From assembly GCA_017471765.1 (NCBI GenBank), contig JAFURT010000009.1:15367-79366 (forward strand): a DNA stretch of 64,000 nt, given 5' to 3'. The DNA comes from Clostridia bacterium. GTDB taxonomy: Bacteria > Bacillota > Clostridia > Oscillospirales > Acutalibacteraceae. The position numbers and the translations under genes were made by a program. Under the pieces are notes generated by a model. The model made no database searches. It was not told where the DNA came from and was given only the letters and a program-made list of their open reading frames with translations. Positions 58,425-64,000 of the stretch are shown piece by piece; position 1 is the first letter of the stretch, and the number at the start of each line of letters is the position of its first letter.

Positions 58425-60044
58425 GTGTACCAGGCATTATACCGCAAGTGGCGTCCCCGCACCTTTTCCGACGTGTGCGGCCAGGATACCGTCACCACCG
58501 CCCTGAAAAATGAATTGCAGACCGGCCGCCTGTCCCATGCCTATCTGTTCACCGGTTGCCGGGGCACCGGCAAGACCACCTGCGCCAAGATTCTGGCCAA
58601 GGCGGTCAACTGCCAGAGCCCGGTGGAGGGTGACCCTTGTAACGAATGCGCCCTGTGCCGGGGCATCGATGACGGCTCGGTGCTGGACGTCACCGAGATT
58701 GACGCCGCCTCCAACAACGGCGTGGACAGCATCCGGGAGCTGCGGGACGAGGTGGCCTTTACCCCTGTTTCCGGCAAATACCGGGTGTACATCATCGATG
58801 AGGTGCATATGCTGTCTGCCGGAGCGTTCAACGCCCTGCTCAAGACGCTGGAGGAGCCTCCGGCTCACGTGATTTTCATCCTCGCCACCACCGAGGTGCA
58901 TAAACTGCCGGCCACCATCCTCTCCCGGTGCCAGCGGTTTGATTTCAACCGCATCCGCCCGGAGGCCATCGCCGCCCGGATTCAGTATGTGGCGGAGCAA
59001 GAGGGGCTGACGGTGACCGAGGAGGCCGCCATGCTGTTGGCTCGTCTGGCAGATGGCGCCCTGCGTGACGGCCTGTCCCTGCTGGACCAGTGTGCATCGG
59101 TGGCCCGGCATATCGACGCTGATACCGTGGCCGCCGTTACCGGCATGGCCAGCCAGGAGGTGCTGGCGGCGCTGACCGCCTGCGTGGCGGCCGGGGATGC
59201 CGCCGGGGCGCTGGAGCAGATCGACCGTCTGCACCGGTCAGCCAAGGATATGGAACGGCTGTGCGCTGAGTGGGTGACGTATATGCGGAACCTGATGGTG
59301 CTCCACAGCGTGAAGGAGCCGGGCGAGCTGGTGATTGCCGCCCCCCAGGAGCTGGAGCAGATGCGCAAGGCCGCCGCCGGGCTGGGCTTGCCTACGATCT
59401 TACACATCATGGAGGTACTGCAAAGCACCCTGGAACGGCTAAAAGGCGGGGTTTCCCGCCGGGTAGAGATGGAGATGGCGGTGTTGCGGCTGTGCGACCC
59501 CCGGCTGGATACCGGTACGGCGGCCCTCCTGCACCGCATAGAAACGCTGGAAAATCAGGTGCGTAGCGGCGTCCCGGTGGCACAGACAGCGCCGCCGGCT
59601 GTGCCGGCAACCCCGGTTTCGGCCACTGCCCCGGCCACAGAGGAGCCGCCTCTGCCGGAACCCCCGGATACTGCTAAACCGGAAGCGCCTACCGCCCCGG
59701 CGGCAAGTGCCCCCGGTGACGAACAGCCCTTCCCCCAGTGGGCGGCTGTGCTGGAGGTGCTGATGACCTCCTGCCCGCCTCTGTTCGGCGTGCTGGCCGA
59801 TTCCTCGGCTATCCTCAAGGACGGCAAGCTACTGATTTGCACTAATAATCCGCTGTTCTCGGAACTCATTAAGGACAGCGGTAACCAGAAGCTGCTCACC
59901 GAAGCGGTGCAGAAAGGCACCGGCAGTAGCTATCGTCTGGGCCTGCGCCGCACCCACGTGGTGGCGAAGCAGGAGGCAGACCCCCTCACCCAGCTGTTGG
60001 CGGCCGGCCGTGCCGCCGGTGTGCCGGTGACCGAAAAAGAGTAA
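58425..60044 (+). CDS. dnaX: DNA polymerase III subunits gamma/tau
   Basis: GTG start 8 nt after an AAGGAG RBS. YRKWRPRTF, GCRGTGKTT, a CNECALC zinc module, and NALLKTLEEPP. Confidence 0.9.
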   Translation: MYQALYRKWRPRTFSDVCGQDTVTTALKNELQTGRLSHAYLFTGCRGTGKTTCAKILAKAVNCQSPVEGDPCNECALCRGIDDGSVLDVTEIDAASNNGVDSIRELRDEVAFTPVSGKYRVYIIDEVHMLSAGAFNALLKTLEEPPAHVIFILATTEVHKLPATILSRCQRFDFNRIRPEAIAARIQYVAEQEGLTVTEEAAMLLARLADGALRDGLSLLDQCASVARHIDADTVAAVTGMASQEVLAALTACVAAGDAAGALEQIDRLHRSAKDMERLCAEWVTYMRNLMVLHSVKEPGELVIAAPQELEQMRKAAAGLGLPTILHIMEVLQSTLERLKGGVSRRVEMEMAVLRLCDPRLDTGTAALLHRIETLENQVRSGVPVAQTAPPAVPATPVSATAPATEEPPLPEPPDTAKPEAPTAPAASAPGDEQPFPQWAAVLEVLMTSCPPLFGVLADSSAILKDGKLLICTNNPLFSELIKDSGNQKLLTEAVQKGTGSSYRLGLRRTHVVAKQEADPLTQLLAAGRAAGVPVTEKE

Positions 60045-60067
60045 CAAAACGGAAAGGTTGATATACG

Positions 60068-60415
60068 ATGAAGGCAAACATTCCTAAGGGTATGGGCGGC
60101 GCCCCGGGCAACATGCAGGCCATGCTGCGGCAGGCGCAGAAGATGCAGGAGGATATGGCACGCACGCAGGAGGAGCTGGAGGGCCGGGAATATACGGCTA
60201 CTGCCGGCGGCGGTGCGGTGAGTGCCACCGTCAACGGTAAGCATCAGATGACCGCCCTGACCATCCAGCCGGAGGTCATCGATCCGGAGGACGCCGAGAT
60301 GCTGGCGGATCTGGTGATGGCGGCGGTGAACGAGGCCCAGCGCAAGGCGGTACAGGACGCCGAGCAGGAGATGGGCAAGATTTCCGGCGGCATGAATATG
60401 CCGGGGCTGTTCTGA
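60068..60415 (+). CDS. ybaB: YbaB/EbfC nucleoid-associated protein
   Basis: 115 aa, QAQKMQEDM...GGGAV pattern, and the dnaX-ybaB-recR synteny. Confidence 0.9.
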   Translation: MKANIPKGMGGAPGNMQAMLRQAQKMQEDMARTQEELEGREYTATAGGGAVSATVNGKHQMTALTIQPEVIDPEDAEMLADLVMAAVNEAQRKAVQDAEQEMGKISGGMNMPGLF

Positions 60416-61008
60416 TGAGCATCGTATCGCTGGACCGGCTGACCGAGCAGCTGGAGCGTCTGCCGGGAATCGGGCGAAAATCCGCCGCCCGGCTGGCCTT
60501 TCACCTGCTGTATATGCCGGATAAGGATGCGGATGCCTTTGTGGAGGCGCTGAAAAACGCCCGGGAGACCATCCACGAGTGCCCTATCTGCTGTGACCTG
60601 ACAGATGGGGAGCAGTGCCCGGTGTGCGGCGACCCTCGCCGTGACCGGAGGGTTATCTGCGTGGTGGAGGACCCCCGGGACGTGCTGGCCATCGAGCGCA
60701 CCCGGGAATATACCGGACTGTACCACGTGCTCCACGGCACCATCTCCCCCATGGACGGCCGGGGGCCGGAGCAGCTGCGGGTCAAGGAATTGCTCCGCCG
60801 CCTGTCGGATGAGGGCGTTACAGAGGTCATCATGGCCACCAACCCCACGGTGGAGGGGGATTATACCGCTATGTACCTGTCCCGGTTGCTCAAGCCCCTG
60901 GGGCTTAAGGTGACACGCCTGGCCTACGGCATCCCTGTGGGGGGTGACCTGGAATACGCCGACGAGGTCACGCTGTCCCGGTCGCTGGAAGGCCGTAGCG
61001 AGCTGTGA
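60415..61008 (+). CDS. recR: Recombination protein RecR
   Basis: LPGIGRKSA helix-hairpin-helix, a C4 zinc finger [16 protein letters not shown], and Toprim VVEDPRDV. Confidence 0.95.
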   Translation: MSIVSLDRLTEQLERLPGIGRKSAARLAFHLLYMPDKDADAFVEALKNARETIHECPICCDLTDGEQCPVCGDPRRDRRVICVVEDPRDVLAIERTREYTGLYHVLHGTISPMDGRGPEQLRVKELLRRLSDEGVTEVIMATNPTVEGDYTAMYLSRLLKPLGLKVTRLAYGIPVGGDLEYADEVTLSRSLEGRSEL

Positions 61009-61033
61009 TTATAGAAAAAGGGGGTTTTCGCCA

Positions 61034-61510
61034 ATGGCTGAAACCAAAAAGACCGGCAATAAAACCATTGCCGAAAATCGCAAAGCCTTCCACGAATATT
61101 TTGTGGAGGAATCGCTGGAAGCCGGTATCGAGCTGTGCGGCACCGAGGTCAAATCCCTGCGCCAGGGCGGTGTCAATCTGAAGGACGCCTGGTGCTCGGT
61201 GGTGGAGGGGGAGATGTACATCAACGGGATGCACATCAGCCCCTATGACAAGGGCAATATTTTCAACCGTGACCCGATGCGTGTGCGGAAGCTGCTGTTG
61301 CACAAGCGGGAGATCATGCGGCTGTTCGGGTTGCTGAAACAGCAGGGCTATGCCCTCATTCCGCTGTCCCTGTATTTCAAGGGCAGTCGGGTGAAGGTGC
61401 AGGTAGGGCTGTGCCGGGGTAAAAAGCTGTACGACAAGCGGGAGGATGCCGCCCGTCGGGACATGAAACGGGAGGCAGAGCGTGCCCTTAAGGAGCACAA
61501 CGCCCGGTAA
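61034..61510 (+). CDS. smpB: SsrA-binding protein
   Basis: [12 protein letters not shown]..., GTEVKSLR and LLLHKREI motifs. Confidence 0.95.
   Translation: MAETKKTGNKTIAENRKAFHEYFVEESLEAGIELCGTEVKSLRQGGVNLKDAWCSVVEGEMYINGMHISPYDKGNIFNRDPMRVRKLLLHKREIMRLFGLLKQQGYALIPLSLYFKGSRVKVQVGLCRGKKLYDKREDAARRDMKREAERALKEHNAR
61445..61510 (+). repeat. Direct repeat copy 1 (functional smpB 3' end)
   Basis: 66 bp, 63/66 identical to 62687-62752. Confidence 0.85.
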
Positions 61511-61549
61511 ATGGTGTTTTTTGTCGTTATTTGGCAGAGAATTTGTGTG

Positions 61550-61583
61550 AAAAGCCTCGGTTTTCCGAGGCTTTTCGGTTTTT
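61550..61583 (+). terminator. Intrinsic terminator after smpB
   Basis: aaaagcctcgg-tttt-ccgaggctttt followed by cggttttt. Confidence 0.7.
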
Positions 61584-61622
61584 AGGGCTTGATTTTTCTT
61601 CCGGACAATGATAGACTAATAG

Positions 61623-61736
61623 TTGCGAGGCAAACCGAATAAAACACCCACAAAGCATACGTTTTTACCATCCGGTAAAAATGCATGCTCCTTCATGTAT
61701 GCCTTTGTTGGGTGCTGAAGTTTGCCTCGCAAGCAG
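61623..61736 (+). repeat. About 115-nt imperfect long hairpin; its 3' arm is repeated at 62571-62630
   Basis: ttgcgaggcaaac pairs with gtttgcctcgcaa, cacccacaaagcatac pairs with gtatgcctttgttgggtg, and the apical hairpin is tttttacc-atcc-ggtaaaaa. Confidence 0.6.
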
Positions 61737-61800
61737 TGAGCTATGCGTTTTTCGGTGCGTGGCTTCGGCTGCGCACTTTTTTATTTTGAGGTGAACGGAT

Positions 61801-61965
61801 ATGAAAACAGCAGAAAGCGGATTTGTGTTTCGGCGAAAGCTGGATGAGGTGGGGCGGATTGTCGTCCCCAAGGACATCCGCAACGCTTTGGGCTGGCAGG
61901 CATAGGAGCGTTTGGTGCTGACCATTGTGGACGGTGCGCTGATGGTGAGCCGTCAGGAGGGATAA
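61801..61965 (+). pseudogene. AbrB/SpoVT/MazE-family gene interrupted by an in-frame TAG at 61903
   Basis: Translates as MKTAESGFVFRRKLDEVGRIVVPKDIRNALGWQA*ERLVLTIVDGALMVSRQEG. The stop sits in the middle of the swapped-hairpin domain. Confidence 0.6.
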
Positions 61966-62082
61966 AAGCCTTTTCGCAGGGGCGAACTGCATTCGCCCGT
62001 GGAAGCTCGCACAAACCACCCGGGCGACATTGTAGCATAGCTGTAGGGCAGGAGCTTGCTCCTGCCGCTTTTATTTATGTCG

Positions 62083-62202
62083 CTAACACAAAAACGGAAC
62101 GCCATTCACCGTGGCAACCAGACACACCAATCCACCCAGAGAAAACGAAACGAAGGCCACAATTACCAGCAAAATAAGCCGTTTTGCCCAAGGTTTGTTC
62201 AT
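62083..62202 (-). CDS. Small hydrophobic ORF (39 aa), not in the supplied track
   Basis: Hand translation gives MNKPWAKRLILLVIVAFVSFSLGGLVCLVATVNGVPFLC. A GGGAGGG RBS lies 7 nt upstream and the hairpin at 62046-62075 lies downstream. Confidence 0.35.
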   Translation of the reverse strand: MNKPWAKRLILLVIVAFVSFSLGGLVCLVATVNGVPFLC

Positions 62203-62263
62203 CTCTGTTCCCTCCCTGAAGCGAATAAGGAACAGCGTAGCATAATTTTCAAAATAACGCAAG

Positions 62264-62275
62264 TGCGTATACGCA
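62264..62275. promoter_or_regulatory. 12-bp perfect palindrome tgcgtatacgca (candidate XRE operator)
   Basis: Lies in the divergent region between the small ORF and the XRE gene. Confidence 0.3.
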
Positions 62276-62315
62276 GTTGCGCTGTTGAGGATACAATACC
62301 CTTGAGGTGAACGTC

Positions 62316-62558
62316 ATGAGCGTCAAGGATGTTGTTGTACAACGGTTTAAGCAGTTATGCGCACAACGGCAGATAAAAATCAATGAATTAGCCAACCTGT
62401 CCGGGGTTACTCCCTCTACGGCATATAGCATGATGGACGAGGGCCGCCGGGATATATCCATTCTCACCATCAAGAAATTTTGTGATGGGTTGGATATTAC
62501 ACTGGGAGAATTCTTCTCCACCCCGGAGTTTGACGGGCTGGAGCAGGAGATCCGGTAA
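62316..62558 (+). CDS. XRE family helix-turn-helix transcriptional regulator
   Basis: RFKQLCAQRQIKINELANLSGVTPSTAYSMM HTH_3-type motif. GAGGTGA RBS before ATG 62316. Confidence 0.75.
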   Translation: MSVKDVVVQRFKQLCAQRQIKINELANLSGVTPSTAYSMMDEGRRDISILTIKKFCDGLDITLGEFFSTPEFDGLEQEIR

Positions 62559-62570
62559 AGACCGTTTGGG

Positions 62571-62630
62571 GAAAAAGCATGCTCCTTTCTGTATGCCTTT
62601 GTTGGGCGCTGAAGTTTGCTTTGTAAGCGG
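62571..62630 (+). repeat. Second copy of the 55-60 nt element (same orientation as 61677-61736)
   Basis: gcatgctcctttctgtatgcctttgttgggcgctgaagtttgctttgtaagc versus gcatgctccttcatgtatgcctttgttgggtgctgaagtttgcctcgcaagc. Confidence 0.7.
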
Positions 62631-62686
62631 ATGGCTGTACCCAAGGATGTCCGGAGCATTTTGGACCGGCGCATGCAGAAGTGTTT

Positions 62687-62752
62687 GATGCCGCCCGTCG
62701 GGACATGAAACGGGAGGCAGAGCATGCCCTCAAGGAGCACAACGCCCGATAA
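62687..62752 (+). repeat. Direct repeat copy 2: orphan smpB 3'-end fragment
   Basis: Matches the last 66 nt of smpB including the stop codon, with no smpB body upstream. Confidence 0.85.
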
Positions 62753-62765
62753 CAAAAAGCAAACC

Positions 62766-62797
62766 GGAGGCAAGCGTATCGCTTGCCTCCTTTTATA
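62766..62797. terminator. Bidirectional terminator (ggaggcaagcg-tat-cgcttgcctcc plus tttt)
   Basis: 11-bp perfect stem. Probably the ancestral smpB terminator, and it also serves the convergent minus-strand gene. Confidence 0.7.
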
Positions 62798-62806
62798 TGT
62801 TTCCGG

Positions 62807-64000
62807 TTATATTTTCTTTTTCTTGGGCTTTTCTGCCAGCCGGTCGTACACATAGTTCTCCGCATACAGCTTTAGCGCCGCATAGGCCGCCGGGTGGTAG
62901 TTGTGGCCGATGGCCTTGTCCAGCTTGCGGCAAAGGGTAGCATAGGAACCGGTGCAGAAGATATGTACGGTTTCCATCGTGCATTTTTTCCGGACACTAC
63001 GGTTGCGCCAGATAATCCGGGCGGACAAGGTGCGCAGGGTGTTGATGATTGCCACCAGTGTCACCGGCACGGCAATGCAGACGGACAACCAGTCCGCCCA
63101 CCCGAATCGGGGGCTGTTGTCCCGGTCGAAGAGAGACAGCAGGATCACTGTCAGCAGAGAAAGGGATTCCACAACATCCTTCTTATCCGCGATGGCTTGC
63201 AGGGCGTGGAGCAGGCGCTGTACCAACCAATCGCCGACGCTTTTATAGCAAAATACCCGGATGCCTTTGAAAAAGGTGGTTTCAAAGGATTCAGATGCTT
63301 TTTCTTTATCCCGGTGGATGTCCTGAATCGTTTTGCCGTAGGTGCGTTCAAAGAGGATGTTAAAATGCAGGCGGCGTTTGGCACCGACGGCATTTTGCCG
63401 TGTCAGCGGCTCGTGGGGGAGCTGGCCTGACAGCGTCAGGCCGTAGCACTGCCAGTTGGAACCGCCATCCATGCGAATCTCGCCGTATGCTTCCCGGTCG
63501 ATTTCCCCGATAAAGTCGATGCGCTTGTCCTCCAGGCGGATGGTGGGGTCGTCCTCATACACGGAATAGGTATAAAAGGCTACCCGGTTGTCCCGAATCT
63601 CCGCATTGCCGTTGACACTGGGGTAGATGAAGCCTTCATCGATATTCTGGCTGTCCCGCAGGCCGAAAAGCACCGCCTTTTCTTTGGTGATGATGTTGGC
63701 GGTAACCACGATCTGGTTGACGTTGACACAGCACAGCAGGTATCGGTTGAGGCAATCCCACACGCCGTCCTCCTCAGCGGCGGCGTCTATCTGGGTGGCC
63801 AGCTCTTGCTTGCAGTCGTCGTCGTAGCGGAACAAGGCCAGCAGGTTGTCTGCGGAGGCAGCCAGCAGGGGATGGCAGATATGCACCTCGTCCAGCGCAC
63901 AGACGGTGGCGAAGCTGGAGCGCTCAAAGTCCAGGCACACATTCTTCATATGGAAGTTTTCAAACCGTTCCTCCGGGCGATGAATGCACAAGGGCTTTAT
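62807..64000 (-). CDS. Hypothetical protein with two C-terminal TM helices; the 5' end possibly lies beyond the window
   Basis: The frame stays open to position 64000, and the track start at 63991 is a TTG. No family was recognised. Confidence 0.4.
   Translation of the reverse strand: MKPLCIHRPEERFENFHMKNVCLDFERSSFATVCALDEVHICHPLLAASADNLLALFRYDDDCKQELATQIDAAAEEDGVWDCLNRYLLCCVNVNQIVVTANIITKEKAVLFGLRDSQNIDEGFIYPSVNGNAEIRDNRVAFYTYSVYEDDPTIRLEDKRIDFIGEIDREAYGEIRMDGGSNWQCYGLTLSGQLPHEPLTRQNAVGAKRRLHFNILFERTYGKTIQDIHRDKEKASESFETTFFKGIRVFCYKSVGDWLVQRLLHALQAIADKKDVVESLSLLTVILLSLFDRDNSPRFGWADWLSVCIAVPVTLVAIINTLRTLSARIIWRNRSVRKKCTMETVHIFCTGSYATLCRKLDKAIGHNYHPAAYAALKLYAENYVYDRLAEKPKKKKI

Noticed and set aside
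61511-62060. tmRNA (ssrA) downstream of smpB
   Set aside because: I found no GGGG...TTCGACG 5' end, no tRNA-like CCACCA 3' end, and no ...ALAA tag reading frame. The region instead holds a hairpin repeat and an AbrB-like pseudogene.
62056-62310. 84-aa plus-strand ORF, and the minus-strand ORFs at 61665-62038 and 62249-62865
   Set aside because: They have no RBS, run across terminator hairpins and repeat elements, and have an odd composition. The region is better explained by the small minus-strand ORF, the XRE gene and the repeats.

Overview
This is a 64 kb chromosomal window from a high-GC, Rnf-containing, spore-forming Firmicute. It looks like a Clostridia/Oscillospirales-type gut anaerobe, but I could not confirm taxonomy without a search. 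All product calls come from reading motifs in the supplied translations; no homology search was run. Most of the window is dense housekeeping and metabolic coding sequence: the rnfCDGEAB operon followed by an ApbE/FMN-binding/NusG_II/Gx-transporter flavinylation cluster, serS, a GT2/GtrA/amidase cell-wall block, xpt plus a BMP-family nucleoside ABC importer, a GH2 beta-galactosidase, an AraC-linked flavin ene-reductase plus split aconitase-X pair, an amino-acid ABC importer, SPFH, LCP, a Cu/Zn-SOD-like gene, three tandem SGNH hydrolases, holB-ricT-fdx-yabB-rsmI-mnmM, gpr, rpsT, SRP RNA, and dnaX-ybaB-recR-smpB. The most interesting locus lies between the holB...rsmI block and the rpsT...recR block. 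It is a self-contained two-gene operon (46026-51905, minus strand) with its own promoter and flanking terminators. It encodes two large paralogs, each with an unknown alpha/beta N-domain, a TIR domain, Sel1 repeats and a long TPR array, and with no P-loop NTPase. One paralog carries at least 12 units of a 141-bp (47-aa) in-frame repeat. I propose it as a candidate undescribed TIR-effector/TPR-sensor immune module. Two small decayed insertions share one architecture: a lower-GC cargo segment bracketed by a direct duplication of the 3' end of a housekeeping gene (serS, then smpB). The smpB insertion carries an XRE regulator, a TAG-interrupted AbrB-like gene, a small hydrophobic ORF and a repeated structured element. 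No tmRNA, tRNA, rRNA or CRISPR array was recognised. Many long ORFs in the track are antisense or shadow ORFs typical of high-GC DNA and were not called.
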